Positions 47,438-57,427 of a stretch of DNA of 64,000 bases are shown here, piece by piece. Source of the stretch: Bacteriovoracia bacterium (lineage in GTDB: Bacteria; Bdellovibrionota; UBA1018; JBFWNL01); assembly GCA_050251055.1 (NCBI GenBank), contig JBFWNL010000011.1, positions 1 to 64,000 of the forward strand. The letters are read 5' to 3'. The notes below the pieces were generated by a model that ran no database searches, was not told where the DNA came from, and saw only the letters and a list, made by a program, of their open reading frames with translations. The translations under genes and the position numbers were made by a program. Each line of letters opens with the position of its first letter. Within the stretch, counting starts at the first letter, position 1.

Positions 47438-50400
47438 ATGTTGAAGCAGCAGAAAACGCGGCTACTCGCCGCCCTACCGATCGCCGCCGCCATTTTCGCG
47501 TTCTGGGCGGTGAATCCCGTCGCGTCCGCCGCCTCCACGAAGGGGGCCTCGCCGAAGGCCGACGTCTCCTTGGATGCGGATGAGGCGCGCGTGATTCCCT
47601 CGTCCAAACTGGGCTCGGAAGAGCGCGAACGAAACGTCGACGCCGCGGCGCTGGAAGCGCAGAAATCCGCCACCACCAAGCTCACGAAGCTACTCGACCG
47701 CTACCGAGGCACGGAACGAGAAAGCCTGATCCTGGCCCGCCTGGCCGAAATTTACCAACAAACCGGCGCCATTTACTTCCGGATCGCGCACGGCCAAGCC
47801 CATACGAAAAAGAAGGCCGTCGACCTGAAGCAATACCATGGCATCATGCGCAAATCGATCGAGGTGATCGACAAGCTCATGCGCAAGTTCCCCCAGTACG
47901 AGCAGATGGACGTCGTGACCTACATGCGCGGAAAAGCTTACGAGGAAATCGGCAACAAGCCCGCCGCCAAACGAGACTACCTCACGATGGTCAAAAAGTA
48001 CCCCGACGCGCCCGAGACGATTTCGGCCTACATGTCGCTCGCGGAGTTTTCGATCGAGGAAAACCAACATCAAGAAGCCATTGGATACCTGCTCCAAGTC
48101 GAGCAACACCCGGAAAGCGCATTCTACCCGTTTTCGCTCTTCAAGCTGGCCTGGTCCTACTACAACCTGCGCGACATCCCAACCGCCATCAGCTATCTCG
48201 AAAAGCACGTCCGTCATTACGACGCTAAGGCGGGCAAACACGGAGGCCTGACGTCTTCGGACTACGCCATTCGCGAAAACAGCCTGCTCGACGTAGCGCT
48301 GTTCTACATGGATGGCATCGAGATGAAGCGCCCCGAATACCAGATCGAGGATGCCCTTTCCTACTTCCGCAAGATGGAGGATGGGCCGGTCATTGGCAAG
48401 ATGCTGCTGCGATTCGCCAAACTTTTGCGCGCCCACGATCACGAGCGCGAGCTTGAGTTCTGGAAGAAGCAAATGATCGAGAAAGAGAACAAGCAACTCG
48501 AATCACTCGAAGTCGTGATCACGGTTTTCGAATACCACCTGCAACGCCGGCACTACACGAAGATCGCCGCCGCCGCGCAGGACATGGTCACGCTCTACCA
48601 GATCAACCAAGGTCGGTTCCGCGATTTTCCGGGCTACGACAACGCCCAGAAACTCTTGCTTGATACGGCCAAGGAATTCCAAGCCCTCACCATCAAGAAC
48701 AAAGCGGCGAGCCGCGTGGGCGAGTTGAGCAACACACTGGTCGCTCTTTATGACACCTTCGCGAAGATCGTCGACGAGAAGGACCCGCGCGTGCCGGGCG
48801 TTCACTACAACCTCGCCGAGACGCTGTTCGAGATCGGCAACTTCGCCGACGCCACTTTCCATTATCGCTGGATCGTGGACCACCCCGTCGCCAAATCCCC
48901 GGTTAGCCTGAAAGATGCAAGCCTGAAGGCCATCGCGGCCCGCTACGAGGTCTTGCGCCGAAGCAAATCCATGCCGGAAAAGCTGAATGCCGTCGCGTTC
49001 AAAGACGAAAGCAAAAAAGCGGTGGCGCCGATGCTCGCCGAGTGGATCGAATGGACCGACTGGCACATGAAGAAGTTCGAAGTAGCCGACGCAACCTTCG
49101 AAAACTTCGTTTTCGAGGCCAACCGCGCGCTCTATGCCCAAAACAAGATCGTGGACGCGACCGAACGCCTGATCCGCTTCGCGAAAAAGTTGCCGAATTC
49201 GAAATTCGCGATCACGTCGGCGTCTCTGGCCCTGGATACCTATATCGCGAGTCAACGCTGGGAGGAGTCGCACGACCTGGCCAACGAATTTATGAATGTC
49301 GCGGCCTGGAAAAAAGACGACTTCCACAAGCACCTTCTCAAGCTCGCCGCCGATTCATTTTATAAGATGATCGAGGGGACCAAGCAGGCCGGCAACCCCG
49401 AAAAGGCGATTGCCATGTGCGACGAATTCGCCAAGAAGTATCCGACGAGCCCCCGCCTAGAAGACGCCCTGCTCCTGGCCGGACTCACCGCTTTGGACCT
49501 CAAGGATAAGGAAAAAGCCGAAAAGTACTTCTCGGGCCTGATCGCCCGCTTCCCGAACTCAGAAAACACGGGATCAGCCATGCTGTCACGCGCCATGCTC
49601 GAGGAGGAACGCTTCGAACACCTGGAAGCTGCCCGCGACTACCAAGCTTACATCGCCCTCATGACGGTCAAGAAGGCCAAGGAGTCGGACCTGCTACCTT
49701 ACCGCAAGAAGGTCCTGCACCTGCATTGGATTTCGGGGGACGTCGCGGTTTTCCGCAAATCACTCGATTCGAAGACGATCTGCGTGGAAGAACTCGCGGA
49801 GCAATGCCAAATGCATCGCACGCTCTTAACCACGCTCGCGCCCAAGGCGCCGTCGATGGACGCGGCCAAGGAATACTTTAAGCATGCCACGCATGCGGAT
49901 AACAAGGATCTACGGCCGCTCTGGGCACTGTCCGCGCTGGCGGCGGACGATGGATTTGAGTTTCCGGACCGCCTGCTTCTGATCCGCGTGATCGCCGGCC
50001 GCTGGGACAACCTCGATCCGCTCGTGCAGTTCACGATTTTGAGCCGCGTCTCGCAGATCATCCCGGCCGCGTTCGAAAAGAACCGCGTGGCTATGCAACG
50101 CTTCGCGAAGCTAACGAACAATGAGCGCTCGATCAATCGGCGCATCGAACTCATCAAGGAAATGGAAAGCACGGCCACCCAGGTCATGAAGATGCCGTGG
50201 GCACACCTGCGTGCCATGGTCATGAATCACGTGGCCACGCTTTATTTGGACTTCGCCCAAGACCTCACCAATCTGCCCGTACCCGAGGGTCTCGCGGAGA
50301 GGGAACTCGCGAATTACCAAGAGATGATCCGCAAGATCACCATGCCATTCGAAGAGAAGGGGCAAGACATCCGCCGCAAGGCGTTTGAGATCGCCAGCCA

Positions 50401-51124
50401 CGCCGCCGTGAATGAGCCGGTCCTGGCCGCCGTGACGAATGCATTCTTTCAGGACAACCCATCTCAAGCCAAGGCGCTGAAGCCCGATCCGGATCTGCGT
50501 CCGAATCCAGAGTTCAACTTCCGTATGCTCGCGGAGCTCGACCCCAAGGGTGAGTGGCGGGATGCCGAAAAAGACCGGCCGAAATACAAGGATGGCGCCG
50601 CGCTCTACCTGAAAGCCCAATGGGCCCAAGCCCTGCGCGCGCAAAACTGGGTACAGGCCACCCACCTGATCCAAGAAGCCAAGAATCGCAAGCTGATCGA
50701 CGTACCGATCGCCTCCCTGATGAAAGCCTATCTCCTGGTAAGCCTCGGGGCACGAGCCGAAGGGCTGAGCGCGCTCGCCGAGCTGCGCCGCGACCTGGCT
50801 CCGCGCCCGGCCGCGAAGGCCGCGACTCTTTTGACCGCGCACTACCTGCACTCGCTCGCCCGCGAGCAAGCCAAGCGCATGGTTGAAGCGATTCAAAGCG
50901 AGAACGAAGAAAAAGGCATCTTGAACGTCGTGCGGGAGGACGAAGACGCATTCACGCTCGCGCTCGCCGCCCGCTGGTCGGGCGCCAAGCTCAGCGAAAA
51001 GAACGAAGTCCCGCTCTTCGAGCAAGCCGCCGACGTATCCGACCGCGCGAAGGAAGCTTGGGCCCGTCAGGTCCTGCGCGAACTCAAGGCCATCCGCGAA
51101 AAACGCTCCTTGGCCAATCGCTAA
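47438..51124 (+). CDS. Large periplasmic TPR protein (GltD/AgmU-like)
   Basis: Signal peptide; TPRs YMSLAEF, SLFKLAWSYYNL, YNLAETLFE; C-terminal PVPEGL...PFEEKG; Agl-Glt context. Confidence 0.8.
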   Translation: MLKQQKTRLLAALPIAAAIFAFWAVNPVASAASTKGASPKADVSLDADEARVIPSSKLGSEERERNVDAAALEAQKSATTKLTKLLDRYRGTERESLILARLAEIYQQTGAIYFRIAHGQAHTKKKAVDLKQYHGIMRKSIEVIDKLMRKFPQYEQMDVVTYMRGKAYEEIGNKPAAKRDYLTMVKKYPDAPETISAYMSLAEFSIEENQHQEAIGYLLQVEQHPESAFYPFSLFKLAWSYYNLRDIPTAISYLEKHVRHYDAKAGKHGGLTSSDYAIRENSLLDVALFYMDGIEMKRPEYQIEDALSYFRKMEDGPVIGKMLLRFAKLLRAHDHERELEFWKKQMIEKENKQLESLEVVITVFEYHLQRRHYTKIAAAAQDMVTLYQINQGRFRDFPGYDNAQKLLLDTAKEFQALTIKNKAASRVGELSNTLVALYDTFAKIVDEKDPRVPGVHYNLAETLFEIGNFADATFHYRWIVDHPVAKSPVSLKDASLKAIAARYEVLRRSKSMPEKLNAVAFKDESKKAVAPMLAEWIEWTDWHMKKFEVADATFENFVFEANRALYAQNKIVDATERLIRFAKKLPNSKFAITSASLALDTYIASQRWEESHDLANEFMNVAAWKKDDFHKHLLKLAADSFYKMIEGTKQAGNPEKAIAMCDEFAKKYPTSPRLEDALLLAGLTALDLKDKEKAEKYFSGLIARFPNSENTGSAMLSRAMLEEERFEHLEAARDYQAYIALMTVKKAKESDLLPYRKKVLHLHWISGDVAVFRKSLDSKTICVEELAEQCQMHRTLLTTLAPKAPSMDAAKEYFKHATHADNKDLRPLWALSALAADDGFEFPDRLLLIRVIAGRWDNLDPLVQFTILSRVSQIIPAAFEKNRVAMQRFAKLTNNERSINRRIELIKEMESTATQVMKMPWAHLRAMVMNHVATLYLDFAQDLTNLPVPEGLAERELANYQEMIRKITMPFEEKGQDIRRKAFEIASHAAVNEPVLAAVTNAFFQDNPSQAKALKPDPDLRPNPEFNFRMLAELDPKGEWRDAEKDRPKYKDGAALYLKAQWAQALRAQNWVQATHLIQEAKNRKLIDVPIASLMKAYLLVSLGARAEGLSALAELRRDLAPRPAAKAATLLTAHYLHSLAREQAKRMVEAIQSENEEKGILNVVREDEDAFTLALAARWSGAKLSEKNEVPLFEQAADVSDRAKEAWARQVLRELKAIREKRSLANR

Positions 51125-51293
51125 GACCCGGCCCATAAAACCGCGGAAACAGCTCAGAATCCGCACTAGTTCACTAGTTTAATTGATATTTAAATTATTG
51201 TTTTTATTGATAAATTTTATTTGTCAAAAAAATAGTTTGTAAAAATTCAAAATATTAAATAAAATTAATACTTAGAGGATCGGGGTCTATTTT

Positions 51294-51557
51294 ATGCAAA
51301 CGAAGAAATTTCTGATCGGTGTTTGGATGATTTTCGCGATGGTCGCCTCTGTGGCGTCGGCCGCCGCCGCCGAACGGCACAAGGTCATCGATTTCGAAGA
51401 CGAGCTCGTCGAAGGCGTGAACAAGAAACCGCTCGATTCCCTCAGCACGCTTTCGGAAAAAGAAAAGAAACGTCGGCGCCTGCACCTCTACCGCAAGCGC
51501 GTGGGCTTCAGCTCGGAGACCGCTGATTCACTCAAAGAAATGAGGTACGCGCAATGA
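51294..51557 (+). CDS. Small secreted GltF/CglF-like protein
   Basis: Signal peptide then KVIDFEDELVEG...KP; directly before the GltG-like gene. Confidence 0.72.
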   Translation: MQTKKFLIGVWMIFAMVASVASAAAAERHKVIDFEDELVEGVNKKPLDSLSTLSEKEKKRRRLHLYRKRVGFSSETADSLKEMRYAQ

Positions 51558-53149
51558 GCCTGCCATCCACCGCAAGCCGTGCCGCCATGAAAGAAACCGT
51601 CGAAAAGAAACCGAGCCAGCCCGCAGAATTCGACTACGCGACGTGCACTCATTTCATCGTAAAGATCATGCGCGGCGCCCAAGCCGAGGCGGGCGGGGCC
51701 CAGGCGCCAATACGCGTTTGGGATAGCCAGATGCCGCTCATGCTAGGGCATCCTGTGCGGTGGATCGCCGAGAAAGCCCCGGAAGGCATCCGCATTCGCA
51801 ATATCGCCACTCCCGTCGGGGAAGCCCACGACGACGCCGTCGTCACCCTCGACGTCGCCCAAATCAAGAACGCGGCCACCGTCGCGCTCCCCCTTTCTCC
51901 TCAGCATTGGATCCAGGTAAAGGCCTACCGGCATTTGCCACCGGCTTATCGCGCCCTAAGCGAAACCGCCGGTCGAGCAACCGACATGAAGGTGTTCAGC
52001 TGCATCGGTGGATGGATCAAAGCGACGGACAGCCTCGCCTCCGAATACCAAGGCAGCTTCCAGAAAACCCCGAGCTTCACCATTCAAAAGCAAGCGGACG
52101 GCTTCCAAATCACGAGTCGCCACCCGGGACTGAAGCTCAAGCAGGGCCTAGATACGAAATCGGAGAACGCCCGTACTCTCGAAAACGGGATCGCGATCCA
52201 GCTCACCGCGAGCGAACTCCTCAAGTCGTCGCTGCAGATCGGCCCGTACCGTTGGTTCTTTAACCCGCTCGAAGCCCCCGCCGACTTACGCGTGATCCCG
52301 AACGCCGAAGACCGCGCCGAGGAGACCGCTTGGTTCAAGAAATCCATGAAGGTCACCGGCATCGCCATGGGCGCGCTCACGCTCATCCTATTGCTGATGC
52401 CAAAACCCGCGGTAGAGGTACAGCAGGAGCTGATTCCCGCGCAGTACGCTTCCATCGTGCTCTCCAAACCGCAGAAGGCCGAAGCGCCCGCACCGACGGA
52501 GAACACCCCGGAACAAGCCACCCAAGCCAAGAATACGGCCGTGGTACAGGCTTTCCGGGCCAAGGCCCTCCAGCATGCCGTCAGCGGCTTGCTGAAAGGC
52601 GGTATGACCACCCTACTCGCGCAAAGCGATTTCTTGGGGGATGCCCGCAAGGCCAGCAAACTTTTGGACAACGTGAAAAACGTGGCTGTGGACGCCAGCA
52701 AAGCTTCCGAAGCGAGGTCCGTGCAAGTGGCCTCGATCGGCGGCACTCCGGGATCCAAGGGCGTCGGATATAGCAAGGGACAAGTCGCCGCCGTTAAAGG
52801 CCAAGGCTCGGCCTTCGTCGACTTGGACATCCAGGGCTCCAACGTACAGGAAGGTTTGACGAAGGACGAAGTGGGCAAGGTCATCCACGCCCACCTGAGC
52901 GAAGTCCGCTACTGCTACGAATCCGCCATGTTGCACAACCCCGATATCGAAGGAAAGCTGCTCATCGACTTCACGATCGGCGGCAGCGGCAGCGTAGTCA
53001 GTGGAGCCGTCAAGCAATCCTCCCTGGAAGACGCGCGCCTGGATGACTGCATCCTGCGCCGGCTCACGAAGTGGAAGTTCCCGACCCCGAAAGGCGGGAT
53101 CAACGTGGCCGTGTCCTATCCGTTCATCTTCAAGAGCCTAGGAAGGTAG
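51554..53149 (+). CDS. GltG/PglI/AgmX-type protein (degenerate FHA-like regions, TM, TonB-like C-terminal domain)
   Basis: GLTKDEVGKVI...VRYCYE...PDIEGKL..F.I...CIL....WKFPTPKGG...VSYPFIF. Confidence 0.88.
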   Translation: MSLPSTASRAAMKETVEKKPSQPAEFDYATCTHFIVKIMRGAQAEAGGAQAPIRVWDSQMPLMLGHPVRWIAEKAPEGIRIRNIATPVGEAHDDAVVTLDVAQIKNAATVALPLSPQHWIQVKAYRHLPPAYRALSETAGRATDMKVFSCIGGWIKATDSLASEYQGSFQKTPSFTIQKQADGFQITSRHPGLKLKQGLDTKSENARTLENGIAIQLTASELLKSSLQIGPYRWFFNPLEAPADLRVIPNAEDRAEETAWFKKSMKVTGIAMGALTLILLLMPKPAVEVQQELIPAQYASIVLSKPQKAEAPAPTENTPEQATQAKNTAVVQAFRAKALQHAVSGLLKGGMTTLLAQSDFLGDARKASKLLDNVKNVAVDASKASEARSVQVASIGGTPGSKGVGYSKGQVAAVKGQGSAFVDLDIQGSNVQEGLTKDEVGKVIHAHLSEVRYCYESAMLHNPDIEGKLLIDFTIGGSGSVVSGAVKQSSLEDARLDDCILRRLTKWKFPTPKGGINVAVSYPFIFKSLGR

Positions 53150-53156
53150 TTACATC

Positions 53157-53978
53157 ATGTTTTCAACCGGCTTGAAATCAACCCATAAACCGCTTTGGGA
53201 GACTTTGGCGCTCCTCATCGCGATTTTTCTAGTGTTAGCGCCCGGGCACGCCTTCGGCGCCGAAAAGAACAAACCCGCGCCCGTGAGTGCCGCCCCTCAA
53301 CCCGAAGCCGAGCAGGTTGACGTGGACAAGATCAAGGAAAAATACTGGGCCAAGGGCAACGAAAGCGAGCTCGGCGTGGTGCAGAACCGTCTCTTCTCGA
53401 AAGCCGGCCACTTCCAGCTCGGCGTCTTCGGCGGCGTGAACTTCAGCGACCCGTTTTTATCCGTCAAGCCTGTCGGCTTCAGCTTCGGCTTTCACTTCAG
53501 TGAGTATGTGGGACTCAACTTCCTCTTCTTCAAGTCGCTAGTCAGCAACTCCAGCGCCTTGGATACGTTCGAGGAAAACCGGCACGCTACTGCCAACACC
53601 AACAAGCCTAACTTCTACACCGGCGCCGAACTGAACTGGAGCTTGCTCTACGGTAAGCTCTCCGTGGTCGGCAAATCCATCATTTACTACGACATGCACC
53701 TCTCGGCCGGCATGGGCGTCACCAAGACCGAATCCGGCAGCTACGTGACTCCCTCTTTTGGCCTGGGTCAGCGGTTCTACCTGTCGAAGCTTGTCTCTTT
53801 CCGCTTTGATTACCGCATGATGGTCTACAAGGAAAACATCGTCGAAAAGCAGATTACCGCGATCCTGGGCACCGTCGTCGGCGACCGCACCAATTTTTCA
53901 AACGTCATGACCTTCGGTTTTGATTTCCTCTTTAGCAGCGGAAACAAGGAAAACCGTGAAGGCGAACAGGGGAAATAG
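53157..53978 (+). CDS. Outer-membrane beta-barrel (GltA/B/H-like)
   Basis: VVQNRLFSKAGH, FSDPF, WSLLYGKLS...IIYYD, GLGQRFYL. Confidence 0.85.
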   Translation: MFSTGLKSTHKPLWETLALLIAIFLVLAPGHAFGAEKNKPAPVSAAPQPEAEQVDVDKIKEKYWAKGNESELGVVQNRLFSKAGHFQLGVFGGVNFSDPFLSVKPVGFSFGFHFSEYVGLNFLFFKSLVSNSSALDTFEENRHATANTNKPNFYTGAELNWSLLYGKLSVVGKSIIYYDMHLSAGMGVTKTESGSYVTPSFGLGQRFYLSKLVSFRFDYRMMVYKENIVEKQITAILGTVVGDRTNFSNVMTFGFDFLFSSGNKENREGEQGK

Positions 53979-53981
53979 ATA

Positions 53982-55871
53982 ATGAGAGCGCTTTTGCTTC
54001 GATCCGCACTAGGAATCATCATCGCCGTGAGCTTCGTCTGCCTGATCGGCGTCAGCTGGGTCTACGCGGGCCCAAAAGACCCGCAGGTGTCGTACGCGCT
54101 GCGCGCCTGCACGGACAGCGAAAGCTGGAACTTCAGCGGTAAGATCGATGAAAAGTGGCAAAGCGAATTCAAGGCATTCCTCTCGAAGCGCATTTCGCCA
54201 GTTCGCGCTTTCTCCGAAGGTCTCGCCCTGCGCCGCATTGCCGAAGACGCCGAAGCCCGCACGTTCGGTGAATACTGGGTCTCGCGCGCGCTCCTGCACG
54301 CCGAACTCCCCCACTTGGCCTACGCGGGCTTCTCCGCCATCATCGACCGTCCACTGACGGAAGAAAACATCGGCCCCACCGCGGCCGCCATCGACTGCCT
54401 CATGTGGATCCAAGCCCGCTACCCTTCGCTCGACTTCCCTTCGGCCGTGAGCGCGCGCCTCTTCGAGTTCTCGAAATTTCCGAAGAACCCCACCGCATAC
54501 AATCCGGTCATCTGGAACGCGGCGAACGCCTACGTACGTGATCTGATCCATCGGGGGGGATCGGAAGCCGACGTGAAGCCAGCCCTCGATCTCGTAAGAG
54601 GCGGTGGCTCCTTCGAAGCGCTCGCCAACGGCATGTGGGCGGCCAAGCGGGGTCTGCATTCCAAGGTGATCAAGAGTCTCTATTCGTTTCTATACGAAGC
54701 TCCCATTCCCCCCGTGCTCGAAAAATTCACGGACTCCGCGCGCCTGCTGATCTCGCGCTCGTACTACAGCACGCACAAGTACGGGCTCGCTTCCGACGAG
54801 CTTAAAAAAGTGAAGAAGAGCTCTAATGATTTGGCTGAAGCCTTGTCCGAGCTCTCCTGGGCCTACCTGCAATCCGAGCAATACGGAGAAGCCATCGGCA
54901 CGACGATCAACCTCCAGTCCGGCGGTCTGCGCAAAACGTTCTCGCCGGAAGCGCCTATGGTCATGGCCATGGCCCTGAACGAGATCTGCCAGTTCCCGGA
55001 AGCCATCAAGGCCGTGAATATCTTCCGTCGGAATTTCCACGGTTCGTTCGAATGGCTCAAACAGTGGAATGACGGCGACAAGAGCCAAAGTCTCTATAAC
55101 CTGGCCGTCAAGTACCTCAAGAACGAGGCGAAAGTTCCAGAGCGCGTAGCGAGCGAGTGGGTGCGCTCCCCCCTGTTCATTTCCCGCCAAGACGAGATCA
55201 ATCTCGTCTTCAAGGAAAAGGACTCCACCGCCGGTCTCGGCCGCGCGGGCGCCAAGGAGCAGCTGACCACCGCGAAGGACCTACTCAAGTTCCTCCAGGA
55301 TTTTCGTAAGAAATACCACCTAGCCAAAGTAAAGCTCAAGCCGGGGGAACCGCTCCCACGGCTCCTGCTCGACGAACTCGGTCACCTGCGCGATCAAGTC
55401 GCCCACTATTCCCGATTGCGCCGGGCGGCGCCCGTTTGGCGGACCATCCTGGCCAATTACGAAAAACGCTCTCCGTCCCGGATCGCCAAGCTCTCTCAAG
55501 ACATCAATAGCGATCTTAAGCGCATGACCGCGCGCATGCACCGGCAACTCAACGAGATCGCCGAAAATAACTACTTCATCGAAGTGGAAATTTTCAACGG
55601 GGCGAGCCGCGACATTATCTGGCAGAACGCCTATCCCGACTACGAAAAGGTCGCCAAGAAGCTCGACAAGGACAATCGTCCCAGCACCGGCTCTAAGGAG
55701 TGGGACTGGGGATCGGTTTCCGCCGGGCTCGACGGCAGCGGCGAGATCTGGGAAGACGAGCTGGGCTCTTTCAAGGCCAATCTCTTCGATAACTGCTCCA
55801 GCAAGGATCGCTACCTAGCCATGAAACGCGAGGACGCGTTGAAAAAAGCCGAACTCAAGAAGGTGAAGTAA
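53982..55871 (+). CDS. GltC-like secreted TPR protein
   Basis: ALSELSWAYLQ, FSPEAPMV.A...EICQF, GEIWEDELG.F....C. Confidence 0.78.
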   Translation: MRALLLRSALGIIIAVSFVCLIGVSWVYAGPKDPQVSYALRACTDSESWNFSGKIDEKWQSEFKAFLSKRISPVRAFSEGLALRRIAEDAEARTFGEYWVSRALLHAELPHLAYAGFSAIIDRPLTEENIGPTAAAIDCLMWIQARYPSLDFPSAVSARLFEFSKFPKNPTAYNPVIWNAANAYVRDLIHRGGSEADVKPALDLVRGGGSFEALANGMWAAKRGLHSKVIKSLYSFLYEAPIPPVLEKFTDSARLLISRSYYSTHKYGLASDELKKVKKSSNDLAEALSELSWAYLQSEQYGEAIGTTINLQSGGLRKTFSPEAPMVMAMALNEICQFPEAIKAVNIFRRNFHGSFEWLKQWNDGDKSQSLYNLAVKYLKNEAKVPERVASEWVRSPLFISRQDEINLVFKEKDSTAGLGRAGAKEQLTTAKDLLKFLQDFRKKYHLAKVKLKPGEPLPRLLLDELGHLRDQVAHYSRLRRAAPVWRTILANYEKRSPSRIAKLSQDINSDLKRMTARMHRQLNEIAENNYFIEVEIFNGASRDIIWQNAYPDYEKVAKKLDKDNRPSTGSKEWDWGSVSAGLDGSGEIWEDELGSFKANLFDNCSSKDRYLAMKREDALKKAELKKVK

Positions 55872-55875
55872 GCTC

Positions 55876-56445
55876 ATGAAGAAACAAAAAGTGTTCTTAG
55901 GCGCTCAAGGCAAAGTTCACGGTCCGTACAGCGTGGAGCAGCTGAATGAAATGCAGCGCTCCGGCCGCATCAAGGACTACAGCTGGATCTGGGATTTTCA
56001 GAAGGAAACCTGGTCGCACCTCGACCCCGCGCCTCCAGCTTTGACGGAAGCCCAGTTAGGCGCGGCGCTGATGGAAGAAATGCCGGAAGCTCCGGTACAC
56101 CACCTGCATCAAAAAGCACCCGAGCCCGCCGCCATGCCGGCACCCCGGGCCATCCCGATCACTTCGCTCGCCAAGAACCTGCAAGCCGTTTGTTTTCATC
56201 AGACGGCCGCCGTCAGCGGCATGCTCGCCGGCATGACCCAGCTGGGTTGCGAGCTCGTATCGCTGGATCGCTCGCCCAGTCCTCAGCTCGGCCGTAACCA
56301 ACCCCTGATGCTCAACGTTCTGGATCCCAAATCAGGCCGCACGGTGAACGTACAGGCGCGCATGCACGACGCCAAGCGCTCCGAGGCGGGCTGGACGTAT
56401 CTATTGCAGTGGAAACAGGTCCCTGACTTTAGGGCCTCGGCGTAA
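55876..56445 (+). CDS. GYF_2-like domain fused to PilZ-like domain
   Basis: VHGPYSVEQL...YSWIW...ETWSHL; C-terminal GMLAGMTQLGCEL...VNVQARM...YLLQW. Confidence 0.65.
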   Translation: MKKQKVFLGAQGKVHGPYSVEQLNEMQRSGRIKDYSWIWDFQKETWSHLDPAPPALTEAQLGAALMEEMPEAPVHHLHQKAPEPAAMPAPRAIPITSLAKNLQAVCFHQTAAVSGMLAGMTQLGCELVSLDRSPSPQLGRNQPLMLNVLDPKSGRTVNVQARMHDAKRSEAGWTYLLQWKQVPDFRASA

Positions 56446-57367
56446 AGAACCGGTCTTTTAATACATAAGGCAAGACATACGGGAGCACGATCGGGCCTAG
56501 GTTGGCCACCGGGCCCGCTTCGGCGCCCGAAACGAGCATCGAGGTGCGCGCCAATTGCCGAATCAACGGACGCCGATAGGCAGGCGTGCGGCTCTCCAAG
56601 ACCTCCAGTACATCCGCGGGAATCGGCGTGCCCCAATCCCGAGCCAACATCTGCAGCGCGAGCAAGCTCGCGGCTTGAACCCCACTACGGGCGACCTCAG
56701 CGAGAAAAACCGCCCAGTCGGGCTGACCATTGCGGATCACGCGATCCAGATCGGCGAGACACTGCAAGGATTCACGCCGGGGATCGCTAAACCCCTGCTC
56801 CACGCAATACGCCAGTAGAGTCTCCACCGGCAAGCCTTCAACGTCGCTTGCCTGAAAATCCCGCCCGAGCAAACGCGTACGCAAGGTCGCCACGGGGGTG
56901 TTTTCCCGGCGCGCGATCTGAATGGAGCCCGATCCCTCCGCGTATTTACCCACTACCCGAAAGCCTTCTCGCCCCAAAGCTCGCAAGGCGCGGGTGAAAG
57001 ATTCGCGCTCCACTAGAAACTCGATCGCATCGGCGCCGCGCAGCTCGGGATCCGGATAATATCGGCGCGCGGTATCGACCCCGCCAAGGGCGACGCCGCC
57101 GCACTCCGCGAGCGCCCGTTGCACCCGATCGTGCTCCGCGAGGATCACCGTGAACTTCAGTTTTTCCCGGAAATAGAGATGCTCCAGGTACTGGCGGCTA
57201 GATTCGGACATCGTAGCCGGCCAGCTGCCGTCGCCGCGCAGGCGAGCCAGCGCGGGCAAGAGAATGCCGTAAGCTTCCGCGGTTCCGGCAAGGCCGTACC
57301 AATCCGCGTGGAGTTCGTTCAAATCCAAAAAATTCTTCGTGCCGGTGAAAAGCTGGATGAGATCCAT
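56429..57367 (-). CDS. Nucleotidyltransferase-fold (NTP_transf_5-like) protein with degenerate active site
   Basis: VALGG...YYPDPELR...IEFLV; LADLDRVI...DW. Confidence 0.65.
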   Translation of the reverse strand: MDLIQLFTGTKNFLDLNELHADWYGLAGTAEAYGILLPALARLRGDGSWPATMSESSRQYLEHLYFREKLKFTVILAEHDRVQRALAECGGVALGGVDTARRYYPDPELRGADAIEFLVERESFTRALRALGREGFRVVGKYAEGSGSIQIARRENTPVATLRTRLLGRDFQASDVEGLPVETLLAYCVEQGFSDPRRESLQCLADLDRVIRNGQPDWAVFLAEVARSGVQAASLLALQMLARDWGTPIPADVLEVLESRTPAYRRPLIRQLARTSMLVSGAEAGPVANLGPIVLPYVLPYVLKDRFFTPRP

Positions 57368-57427
57368 GGAATCCTCCGTGAAGAAAACGGGCCAAATCCG
57401 TTTGGCCCTTCCTTCATCCTAAAGGAA

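Noticed and set aside
51207-51227. TTGA-N13-TCAA upstream of the gltF-like gene as another copy of the operator motif
   Set aside because: Spacing is 13, not 9, in near-pure AT sequence; likely chance
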